From assembly GCA_013265495.1 (NCBI GenBank), contig MU060965.1, forward strand, positions 744,001 through 808,000: a stretch of 64,000 bases of DNA, read 5' to 3'. Below the pieces are notes generated by a model. That model had not been told where the DNA came from and made no database searches. It worked only from the letters and a program-made list of their open reading frames with translations. The position numbers and the translations under genes were made by a program. This stretch comes from Vicugna vicugna (lineage: Eukaryota). Positions 1 through 11,700 of the stretch are shown one piece after another (the first letter of the stretch is position 1; each line of letters begins with the position of its first letter).

Positions 1-1489
1 CAGGTCTCGAGAAAGAAGAGGGATGCCTGCCAGGTCTTGTGCAGCCCTCAGACAGACAGCATGGCTTCTGACCCCCAACGAGCCCCGAGTGCACCCTGGG
101 CCGTTGCTAGGTGGCCCCTGTGACATCAGCACAAAGTCAGAGGCCAGAGGTCAGCCCAGCAGCCCTTCATGCAGGCATGGGCTCCTTCCAGGGCCTCTGC
201 CTCTCCCCAGAGACGGCAGCAGGGCCAGACAGCGGGCGCCTTTGCACGCCTCCGCGGGCACTTCTGGTGCTGGGTCTGCTCAAGCCTTCGGTGGAATCTT
301 TTGTTTCCTTTTGGGGACGAAGGACGCAGGGGTGGTGGCTGTGGCTCCACTTGGAGTCCTGGGCCCTCGGTGGCATCCTGCATCCTCCCCCTGCCAGACG
401 GGGGTTCTCCACGTGGACTCGGCTCAGGGCCACACCTTTGGACACGCTCGGTGTTTCCAGTCTGAGCTGGGTGGCTGGCACTGCCCCAGCAGATGCCGGT
501 GGCAGGGCCCTCACAGCGGAGGTCCGCTTTCTGGCTCTGAGGCCTGGAGGTCCAGTATTGGGTGTAGGGGGGCTGGTTATCCCGGGCCTCTCTCCTTGGC
601 CGGCAGCAGCAGTCTCCTCCCAGTGTCCTCACGTGGCCATCCTCCACGTGTCTGTGTCCTGACCTCTTCTTAGAAGGACGCCAGTCAGACTGGCTCAGGG
701 CTACCCTCGTGCTCTCGCGTAACTTTAATCACCTCTTTATGCCTTGAAATGCAGCCACATTCTGGGGTCCTGGGAGTGAGGACACCACACGAGTGTTCAG
801 GGGACAGACTTCGGCCCCTAACACAGCCTCACAGACAATTTCTCCCACCCTGCTCAGCAGTTCTCTCCTCCCCACCCGAGACCACAGGCACAAGTCACAG
901 CAGGTGCTTCCCCCAGCACCCAGCCGACAGCCCTTAAATGTTCAGAATGAAGCAAATGTGACTAATTCCCTTTTTCCACATGCACATCCTCCCTTGAACA
1001 AGGCCACCCAGCCAGGTGGCTGGTGCAGGTCCCGCCATGGTGCCCAGGGACAGGGACGTGGCTCAGAGGCTCTGCTCCTGGTGTCAGGGTGACAGACGCA
1101 GCCAGGCTGGTGGGAAGCCGGGACAGCTCCTCTCTGGGTAGCAGGTTTCTGGAGACAGAGCCAGTGGACACAGACTGGGCCCCAAAAGCCCACCCCCCTC
1201 AAGCTGGACGCATCTCCGTCCACACTGGAGGTTTCCAGTAGGACACCTTCCCATGGCCCTGAGATGCCAACTCCACACCTTTCCATCCCAGGAAACATCG
1301 TGATTTCCAGCTCAGCCCAAAGCCCTACAGCTGGACCCCCCCGTCACCAAGGGACCTCACCTGCCATTGAGGGGCCCCCACCTGTCGTCAGGGCACATCA
1401 CGCAGCAGCCCACCTACCCCTCCACCACACACCCCCGTCTCCCATGTGTGCATGGCCAGCGGGCATGCCTGTGAAACCAAGCCAGTCTC

Positions 1490-2661
1490 AGAAAGAATAA
1501 AACGTCTATTTTAATTGACCAGTAAAATACATTGCAAATCATTAGTATCTTATAAACAGAAACATTAAGTTATAAATCCATGTTAAAAATTGCAGTTTTG
1601 TGCAGCCTAATAGCTATGTGTCCCAAGTTTCTTTTTTGCAACATTTTCCACCATTTTTGTGAGAACAGGTAACGCCACTGTGAGTCTGAACACAGTACCT
1701 GCAAAAGGCAGACAGAGGGCACAGGCCCCTGGTCCTCCATGTCTGAACAGGGCTCGTCAAAAGCCGTGAGGGCCGCTGGGGGGAAGTCAGCAACAGCTGG
1801 GGGCTGATGGCTGCATCCCGAGGCAGGACCCCGACTCCAGTGCAAAGCAGTGCTCGCAGCCTTCAGGGCTTCAGAGAGACGTGCTCCCGGCTCAGGTGTC
1901 TGCACCCCACGGGCCCAGGGCTCCACCCCTCCCTCTGTTTTCTCTGAGGACCTTTGTTTGGCTGCCGTGAGACACCTCTGTTCCCTTCTTCGTCCTCTGG
2001 GGGTATCCCAACCCCCTGAAAGGAGCAGGTTTGGATGCTCTGAGTTACTTGATGTCAAGGAGCTAATTAAAAAGTCCTTTAAAAACGTTAAGAAAATCAG
2101 CTTGAAAATAATGTGCATTCTATGTGTACAGTCTCCCCAGACGTCCACTGGGGCAGCGAACGTGGGTTCTACTTTCAGCCCCACTGGCAGCAAACAACAC
2201 CAGTCTGCTTGGTGTGGGGGCTGGGTGGACACCCAGCTCAGCCCGTCACCGGCTCCCGTGGCTGCTGGGGCAGGAGGCTCATAGGACAAGAGTGATGCTA
2301 ACAGTGTCCAGCTGAGTCGAGGCCGAGCGCTAGAGAGTGCGGCCCCCCAGAGACCAGCAGGGGCGAGAGTGCACAGGACGCAGGAACACATGCTCTGCAG
2401 AGGACGTGCAGTCCCCAGCACCTGTTCCAGAGAGGCCAGCTCGGGTCCCCTGCCTGGGTGGAATCAGGTGCACAGCTACTCCGGCAACCGCCCAGGAGTC
2501 CTGGAAATTCACGAGCTCAACGCCTGCCGTCTTGTGAGCGGCTGGAGTGCGGACCCCTCACCGGCTCCCGCCACTCCCGGGGCGATTCTCCCTCCTCCTT
2601 CCCAAGCATGGGCCTCCCTGGTGCGGCTCAGGGGCGTCCTGGGCCGGGCGTCCTGGAGGCT
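1490..2661 (-). other. RASA3: RASA3 3' UTR (left end approximate)
   Basis: Runs from the stop codon to an AT-rich block at about 1500-1660 that contains the putative poly(A) signal. Confidence 0.7.
1510..1515 (-). terminator. Putative poly(A) signal ATTAAA of RASA3
   Basis: Minus strand reads AATGTATTTTACTGGTCA-ATTAAA-ATAGACGTTTTATTCTTTCTGAGACTGGCTTGGTTTC, with an upstream UGUA element and a U/GU-rich downstream element. Confidence 0.7.
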
Positions 2662-2737
2662 TCACATGGTATGGGTGGGGATCTCAGATTGCTGCCTGAT
2701 GTAGCTCTGGAAGCTCTTGTCTCCAATGGGGTGCTCC
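2662..2737 (-). CDS. RASA3: RASA3 exon 24, coding part (canonical C-terminus)
   Basis: ctgcag|G GAG CAC...ATG TGA; 76 nt; [24 protein letters not shown]; stop at 2662-2664. Confidence 0.95.
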
Positions 2738-5700
2738 CTGCAGGGAAGCGGGGAGGAGAGGGTGAAGGCGGGTCACGGTGTGCGCACGCGTGGAGCAGGG
2801 GAGTCTTGTCTCCAATGGGGTGCTCCCTGCGGGGGAGCGGGGAAGAGAGGGTGAGGGCGGGTCACGGTGTGCCCACACGTGGAGCGGGGGAGTGGGAGTG
2901 GATGGCGCTCGGGCACAGTGGCACCCACGGGAAGTGTTCAGCATGGTGGCTCTGCCACGTTTAAGAAAAGGCAGCATTTCTAGAAGGTCGACATGGGTTC
3001 TCTCGATAGAGGCTGTTAAGGGGCCTGGAATGTGATGTGAACATTTGTGGAGCTGGGAGCAGAGATGGGGCAGTGTCCCTGGGGCCTCTCAGCATCCCGG
3101 GCAGCCTGGCCAGAGGTGGGGTCTCTTCCAGAGTCCTCACTTCCCTTCCCTGCCAGACCAAACCCAGGTCTCCCCGGAAGGAAGGAGGAGGGAGGGAGGA
3201 GGGAGGCAGAGGGTCTGGAGGGGCCGCACCGGGACACTGAGCGGCAGGCCTGGAGGTTGAAGTGAGACCCTGCTCTGAAGCAGGCAGGGGTCTGAGGCAG
3301 CCGCTCCCTGGCTCCCCGACATACTCACTGGCTCCCATACTTGGTTTTCTTGAACTTGTCCCGTTTGTACTGCGCGTGCTCCTGCTCCAAGGCCCCGACC
3401 CCAGCGATGACCTGCCTCAGGGTCTTGTAGGTCTCCTGGGGGTCGTCGATGATGAACGTGGAGTACTCCTCCTGCTCCGGCCCGTCGTACACGGACCTGC
3501 TCCCACAGGCCTCTGCGCGTCGGGGAGAGGCGGAGGTCAGCGCTGGGAGCCCAGGCAGGCGGCCCCAGAGCTGCATGGGGACGGGCTGACCGTTCGTGCA
3601 CATGCACACAAAGCAGAGCCACTCCAGGAGCTGGCTCATGCTGAACCCGAGTCCCTGAGGGTCCGACGTCCTGAGCGCCAGGGCCAGCCCTTCTCCAGGT
3701 GACCTGGCTCTGTCCACGCCCACTGGCTCCCCAAGCCAGAACAGGCAGACATCTGTCTGCTCCTGGGCCCAGGGTCAGTCTGGGGAGATGAACTTGAGGA
3801 AAGGGGTGCCGAGCTCCACCCAACACTCGTGAGGACGCGCCACGGCTGGACAAGCGGGGCACACGGTGGACAAGGAGCCGTCCTTGTGGGGCCACCTCTC
3901 AGCCAGTCTGCACCAGCAGCTCCCTAGGACCTCTGTCCCCCCACCTCTCAGCAGGTAAGTCTCTCATCAGACCTCCTCACTCCTGCCAAAGACCACACGG
4001 TGGCCTCTGGGCGCCCACCTGTCTGCTAACCCCTGAGCTGAGTCCTGTACTCTGGGGCCTCGGTGAGCCAGCATCAGGCCCCCCACCCTCGTCTGCAGCG
4101 TGTGCTAGTTCATCGCCACAGAGAGCTTCACTGTCTTTAAATCCAGCTCGGGGGAAAGCTCTTCTTACTGGAAAACCTCAAGTTTGTGCAAAGGGAAACT
4201 GGGAAGATTCAAAACTTCAAAGGAAAGGGGGTTCCTCACATGAGGAGTAAAGGAGTGGCGACCCGGGGCAACCGGGGCGAGTGAGCCGCACAGGGTGAGG
4301 TCCCGGAGCCAAGCGGCCCTGGCTACCTGCCTGGAGCCCCACTGGTTGTGATGACCAGGCCCCGGCAAGGCCCTCAAGCTCCAGAGCCTCAGGGATCCCT
4401 CTGGGAAGTGGGGGCCACTGAGAGACAGGACAGGAGTCACCGAAGGACCGAGATCCCAAGGTGGGGCGGGACAGGGTGCCAGCTGCAAGACCCCGGCCGA
4501 CTCAGCTCTGGGCACTGTGCAGACCGCTTCACAGGGCTGTGTTATAAAACCCTTGGATCAGCCCGGCAAGGTGGGGGTGGTGCGGCCCGCTCCTCAGGGA
4601 GGAGGTCAGGGCTCCCCAGCGTCGATGTGCCGTAGGTCTCGTAGCAGGTGGCAGGCTGGCTCTGAAGGAGACCCGTGCGTCCTGGTGAGGCCCGTCCCAG
4701 GGCACCAAGGAGCGTGGACGGGGGAGGGGTGCTGGGAGAGGCCCCGGATTAGTGGGAGGGAGCAGTTTCTAATTTTGCAAACATGAAGAAGGGAGGACCC
4801 ACGGCCAGCGTCAGAGGAAGGCTCGCGACTGGACCGCTGAACAGACTGCGAGCATGATGAGGACCAGACGGCACAAGCACACCCACTTCCTCTTCACGGC
4901 TTCCTGAAACTAAGGCTGGGAACCACTGGAGAGCGCGCGCTCACGCCAGCTCGGCCAGTAGCCTGTGACCGAGGAGCACACCTTGATGAGGTGGCAACGC
5001 GGCACCAAGACCTTCACCGCCCAGATGGGTCTACATCCTGTCATCTCTGCAGAAGCCCCACATGTCCCAGGGCCCTGCCTGCGCCCCAAGAGCTACCGCA
5101 ACTTGGGACGCTGGCCCTCACCTTGCATCTTCTCCAGTCTGCTCATGTACAAGCTGAAGAGGGAGGAGATGCGCTCCGTCTCCCGGTCCCCGTCGATGTC
5201 CAGCTGGATGTTGGCTGGGAGGCCGCTGCCCGAGCACCCCAAGAACATACGAGGGAAGTGTGAGTCGTCACGATACGGACTATTTAAAGGTCACTCAAGA
5301 TGGTAGAGGGACCTGGTGCTGCTCTTGTCCCGGACCAGGGCTGGGGCATTGGTCACGAGCATTTGGAAGTGACCACCCACAGCCTTGGAGGTACCCACAG
5401 ACTTGCCCAGACCTTTCTGCCACAAATAGTACAGACGCCCTGGTTGTGCGCCCTGAAGGGCGGTGGGCTGCCCAGGAGGGGTCGGTCCCTGTCCCCCGAG
5501 AGGCTGTGTGGGCCTCTGCTCCTGCCCCCACCCCAGCGCAGCCTCTAGGGGCAGCGGGACCCAACAGACGTTTATCCCGCGTCTCAGCTTCAGTGAAGCC
5601 GCGTCCCCTGTTCCCCCCTCAAGGCTGTGGGGGGGTCTGTCACTGTTCTCACAAGTCACATGGGGCTCGGGCGCCCAGGCCTACCCCCAGGACTGGCAGA

Positions 5701-8700
5701 GATGAACCCTCAGGAGGCCCAGCCGCCTCCGTTTCTGAAAGAGGGAGGGGGGTGCGCAGATGTTGGCGGGGAACTGAAGGCAGTGTGAGCAGGATGGTGG
5801 AAACTTCTAGACTCTTCTTGGAAGAAACAAGGCAGCACCCTCTCTGGGCCTTCTCCCTGCATGGAGACCCTCCTCCACTGCCCACGCCCTCCTCGAGGAC
5901 GGCCCGGACCCCCGGCAGAGCGCCCGAGGTCTGCGTGGAGCCTTCGCGGGCAGAGTCTCCTGATCGTGGGGAGAACTGCCTCGGAGGCTCGGCCTCGCAT
6001 GCAGCTGCCCAGTGGGCGGGGCTGCGTTTTAGCTCCAGTGCTGGCCCTTGGCCAAGCCTCCCAGTACACTTCACAAGCTGGACAACCGTGCCAGGCTGCA
6101 CTGGGCATCTGAGAGGCACCGACCTACCCGGTGCAGGGGGTGCAGCCGGTGGCTGTGTCCGAGGAGGCCCTGCAGCATAGCCAGTGGCCGTTGAGGTAGG
6201 CGGACGGGTGGTAGACTGTGAGCCGCTTCTGGTTGCACTGGCTCACTTTGGTGAGGATGTCAATCCAGGCCTTGGCCTCCACGCAGTTGTTGGCCTGGAT
6301 GTACAATGCCCGCTCAGGCTGGATGACCTGGAACATCTGCGGGGAGACGGGGACTCAGGGGCCGCACAGCAAACCCTCCCGCCCCCCTCGCCCACTCCAG
6401 GCAGGTGTTACCTCCCCTGTGAGGCTTCTCAGAGTCTCCACTGCCTTTTGTATTTCTTACTCATTCAACAAACATTCCTGAGTAACTTGCAGTGTCCTGG
6501 GGACATAGTGGTCCAAACATCCTGCCCTTGTCAGCTTGCAGCCAGCAAGAAGGACAATAATGAACACAAAGTGCGGGGACTGTGTGAGGGTGAAGACCTA
6601 ATGGGGGGTGGGCAGAGCCCTCCAAATAAACGATCCCCCAGCTGAGATCAGAAGGACGACCCAGGGTTCATTAAGCTGAGTGGGGAAAGCAGGGGTGTAA
6701 AGCCAGCAGCATGGGCAGTAGGTGTAAAGGCTGTGGGGCCAGGAGGGTTGGGCACTCCCAGCAGAAGCTGGCCAGGCTGCACACAGAGACGAGGCTGAGC
6801 AAGGGGGCTGGCAAGCCAGTGCCCTGGCAGGGCTGTGGGGGCTGGACTTGCCAGGAGTCAGGACAGCAAAGTCCATGGTGGCCTTCTGCAAGGGGGGTGG
6901 TGTGCACCCAGAGGAGAACAGGATTGGGGGGACTCCAGGAGGAGTCTGAGTCCAAGTTCCCAAGTAAATAGCCAGGACTCATTCAGAGATCGGAGGCTCC
7001 GCCCCCTACCGCACCCACACATGCACTGTTGCACAGGCCGCACACTGCACACTCCATGTGAGGCTGCAATCCCCAAAGGAGGGCAAGACTCTAGAAGGAA
7101 GCATTTTGTTCTGACTGTCCTCACAGGCTGGCCCCTCTGACAGGGCTTGGCATACAGCAGGCCTTGGAAAATGACTCTCAAATGGAAGAGGAGGTTGTCC
7201 TGGTAGTCAGCGTCGTGGAAGGCTACCTCTGAGGTAGGCAGCAGAAGAAACAGGCTGATGAAGAAGTGCTCAGATTAGGGGGTTATTCTCAACCCGATGG
7301 AATGAAGCCACTCACGCTGCTTCTAGAGTGCTCCCCACACTGGTTCCTTCTGCGGACGTTGGGGCCGTAGCCCACAGAGCCCCCATGCGGGGTTGGGGGA
7401 GTGATATCAGGCCCAGGGACGCCCGAGGTGAGGTGCCAGGGAGTCAACTTCCCTGAGGTCCAGAAAAGCGCCCCAGCCTAGCCACACGGTCGTCAGCTGG
7501 CCCAAGAAGTCGCCCAGAAGCCCAGGTATGAAGCCAGCGCAGGGCGCTGCACTGGGGCTGCCGTCTGTGGGCCGTGCTGGCCAGCCTGGGGCTCCCTCCA
7601 ACAGTCCAGCAAGCACTGCCCTCCGGGGACCGTGGGGCCAAGACCAGCCCCGGCCAGACGAGCAGATCCCCGGTGGCCACAGGCACCTACTGAACACCAG
7701 ACCACCCGGGGTACCCACGAGCACAAGCCAGATGGACACCAGGACCCTGAAGAGGGTGAGTGGTCAGCTGCTGGGGGCTGGGGGCCTGTGGCTGCTGGAG
7801 CGCGTGGCTCTGGGGGAGAGCCGTCCTCCCAGCGAGCGGTCGCTGGGGGCTCCTGGGGCAGGAGAAGGTTCAAGGGCAGCACAGAGCTGCCTGACACTGT
7901 CCTCAGCAGGGAGAACACGTTGTGGGGCCGCCCCTCCGCCCACTACAGCCCTCGGCACAGGAGGAGTGGTCCTCCAGCCTGGGACCACTTGGGAGTGCTC
8001 TCTCCCACGATGCTGGGCGGGCGGAGACCACACGGCCTGCAAATCCTCAGCCCAGTCACAGTCACGGTTTCTTTAAAGCTGGGAGACCAGGGATGATCGG
8101 CAGGATTCCACGTCTGGACTACGATTTGTTATTTCGTACTTATAGCCCCACGGTGCTTCGAAGAAGACTGCATGTGACTTACGTGAAATATAGCTAATGA
8201 AGTTGAAAAAGATAAAAAACATTTAGAAAACTAGGAAGAGAGAAGCAGAAATGGAGAGAGACTGGGAAGAAGGAAGAGCTAAGAGTGCAGATTTTCCGAT
8301 GGAAACAGAGCCCAGAAAAGCCCCTGGATCAGGCTCCGCACTGAGTGCCATGGGGGGTGCTCCCAGTTACTGCACCAGCCTGAGGCTGAGGCTGCTGGGA
8401 ACTTCCGTCCCCCTACAGAGACCAGGCCTGCGCCCACAGAGCAAGGTCGTCCCCACCAGGGGTGAAGCCTGTGCTCTCCCTTGGAGCCTTGTGGAGGGGG
8501 CAGGAGAGGATGCAGCGGCCTGTTTCCTCCCTGACAGCCTTTGGAGGTGCTCGGTGATCAGGAAATGCAGACACCTCCCGTCGGGTCCCCACAACACTGG
8601 GGAAGCGAGCACACAGCTGGGAACCCCAAAGCTGTGGGTGTGTGAATGGCCAGAAGCGGGCCTGATGTGAGGGCTCTCCCACAGCCTCGGTCCAAAGTCT

Positions 8701-11700
8701 GACTTTGAAAAGACTGAAATAACCAGCAGGCACACACTCTTGCTGGGTCAGGCCACACGTGGGTCCCCACAGACGTGGACCAGGCTCACACTTCAGTGGG
8801 GCCCAACCGTGTGTATGGGGTGTGCCTGGATCGGGGAGCTATTCCCATGGCCAGTCTTGGCCATGTGAGCATCTATGTGGTAACACCTGTGAGAGACTCA
8901 GCCCCCGAGAGTAAAACGGAGACCTGGGGGCCTCATGGCCCAACCAACACATGGGTAGACCTCCACGGGGGAAGAGAGCTCCCGCGGGAGGCAGCCGGCA
9001 GACGCAGCGAAGGGTGAAGGAGTCAGGAGCCGTGTGGATGGGCAAGGGCACAGCTGACTTGGTGCAGTGTGTCCCTGAGAGCGCCTGCCCAACCGAGGGA
9101 CCACGGGCCCCCGACACGAGTCACCAGCACGTGTGCCACCTTGTGAACCTCTCGATAAAACACATCACAAGAACCTGCTGCCGCTGACGACCTGACACCC
9201 AAACTGAGGGCTGCCCCCAAACTCTGGCCTATCTGCTTGTGGCTGAGTCCGCGAAACACAGAGAAGAGCTGAGGAGTGTTCCAGATTAAGGAGACGGCAG
9301 AGAACTAAGTACTAGCTGCTGACCTGGGAAAACAGCGGCTCAAAGGCCGTGACTGGATGTGGACTAGGGATAACGCCACATCAGCGCAGGGCGTTCTGAT
9401 CCCGGGGACTACAGGGTCACGGAAAAGGACATCCTCACTTGTAGGACGTGGTTCAGGGAAAACACACACATTCTACGCAGAGAGAGACGAGGAGGGCAGG
9501 ACACAACTCAGCAGGTGGACAAATGCAAACAACCAGCCTTACTCTATTCTCAGAACTTTCCCATAAATTGAAAACTAGATCTGAATGAACAGCAGGCCCC
9601 AGCTGACCCTGGTGGAGGGTGGGGGCTGCTTGCTCCAAGGTTCGGACGTGGAACCACACGGCGCCTGGTGGACACCCAGGGACTGCACACCCTGAGAGAG
9701 GACGCGGGAGGCAGGGCGGTGGTGGGAGGCGCAGGGCAGGGCAGTGGTGACTCACGTTCTTCATCTTGAAGGACTCCTCCTCCAGCGTCTCCACCGCCAG
9801 AATGTTCTCGATGGGGATGCTGCAGAGGGGCGGGTCTCCTGTGCATGGGGGGGCTGCCTGTGAGCAGGCCAGTCTCCCTCTCAGGGTCTCACACCCGCCC
9901 CCGACAGGACCTGCGTCCACAGGGCCGCCCTGGCTCCAGGAACCATGTCCGCACGCTTTTGTGGGGAGAGAGCACCTCCTTGGGGCCCCACGATCTAGGT
10001 CTGAGACCTTGGTTCCCATATGTGGCCCCGGAGGGCGACAGCCTCGGCCCACATCTGCCAAGGCCACGCTGGCAGAGCCCCACCTCCCCCATGAGGAGCC
10101 GCTCAACCCGGATGCAGGTGGTGACCCAGTAGAGACTGAGACAATAAAATACGTAAATTTTATTCCTTGGAATGAAATACGTGAAAACAAGTAAAAAGCA
10201 AACTTTTCTTGTTACCTTTGTTTTTCTGGTAGGTAAATTCATGGTTTGTCAAGCGGAACCATCTTTTCTTAAAATTCTTCATCCCAAAGCGTTTTCGACC
10301 CTGTGCCCTCTTAATCATGAACCTGGTGGGAACAGGACACGCCGGTGGGGCACGTCCCCAGCCCCCGCCCTCCCCAGCAGCCCAGAGTCACGCAGGCAAA
10401 ACGACTCTCCACTTCCGTACCTGGGAGACTCCATGCAGGCTGCAGGGTTTCAGTACCTTATAATTTTGTTTCCAAGTGACAGGATTTAAAAATCAAAAGG
10501 CAAATGCCGCTACTTTTGAAGTTTAGCCCCTACGCTGGTGTCAGGTTCAAGTCACAAGCCGACGATGCCAGTGGTCTACCAGCACTCCACTGACGCGGCC
10601 CCCCGCCCACCCCCACCCTGAAACATGGGCAAGAGTTGCTCCCAAGGAAAGTGCGGGCAGCAGGCCCACAGCCGTGGCAGGCTGTTCCCAAAGCAGAGAC
10701 CGGCGACTGGGTCTCTGGGCTCTGTGCCCTGACGGGAGCCCCTCCAGAGGGAGGGGCTGATGGGAGCAGACGGGCCCCTGGACTTGGGTGGGTGTGGGCA
10801 GCCCAGCAGGAGCACCTGACAGTCCCTCTACCCACCCCCTTGCTCCCGGGACAGCATCTCTCCACCCGCAGGTCCGGCAGAGAACAGGCCCAGGGGAGTG
10901 ACCCCTGCGTCTCAGACAAGCTCTGGGGCAGGCCTGGTGCGTTTCAGAGACGGGTCTGGGCGGCCTCTGACTGGACAGACTGAGAACCCCGCCCTGCCTC
11001 TCCCGCTGGCCTACCCTTCCTTAAGCAGGATGGGTTGCTGCACACTCTTGGGGTCTCTTCTCCCAGAGGATGAGATCAAATCTAAGAACTAAACGTGGGA
11101 AAGAAATCAGATCATTAAAAGGGGAACCAGCATGCCTGAATATGTCCGCTCCTGGGCAGCATGGCTCTAGGGGTGCTTTGTGTCTCTTTCTGGCCCCAGA
11201 GAAGAGAGCGCTCTGGGGTGTGGTGCCAGGGTAGGGGTCCCACCCTGGTCTCCACTAGGGCTGAGTAGCTTCTGGCCCCCACCTGAGTGCACCCGCGGCT
11301 GGTGCCGCACCTGGAAGGCTGCCGGGCTTCAGGCGACACCGGGAGGTCCCCAGCATTTGGCAGGTGACCCCCGAGTGCACTTCTAGTGGAGTTTGAAGCA
11401 GCCCTGCTGCACGCAACCCTACCCCAGGTTCTGCTGCTCATGCCCCACGACCGGTCTGGGTTCCTTCCACCCACTTAGCTGCCTCAGCTCCTCCCCTGCC
11501 CTCCCCTGGACACAGTTTTTATGATTTGAGAGCCAAATATGTGAGACTGCTTCTAAATAGGAGAAACAAGGAAAGCTCTAGGACCCAGAGAGATACTATG
11601 GGAGGGCTGAGTCCCTAACTCTGGGTCTGGGGTCCTGGGTGCTCGGGGCGGGGGCACCAGGAGCACACAGCCAGGACGGGGCAGGATGTGGCATCCCAGA

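Noticed and set aside
100-660. Possible start of the downstream neighbour gene (C13orf46-like), and an RFX/CTCF-like GTTGCTAGGTGGC motif at 103-115
   Set aside because: Only a few short peptide coincidences (PGLRA, RALP, GVAL) with a sequence I recall imperfectly, no coherent exon, and a single partial motif.
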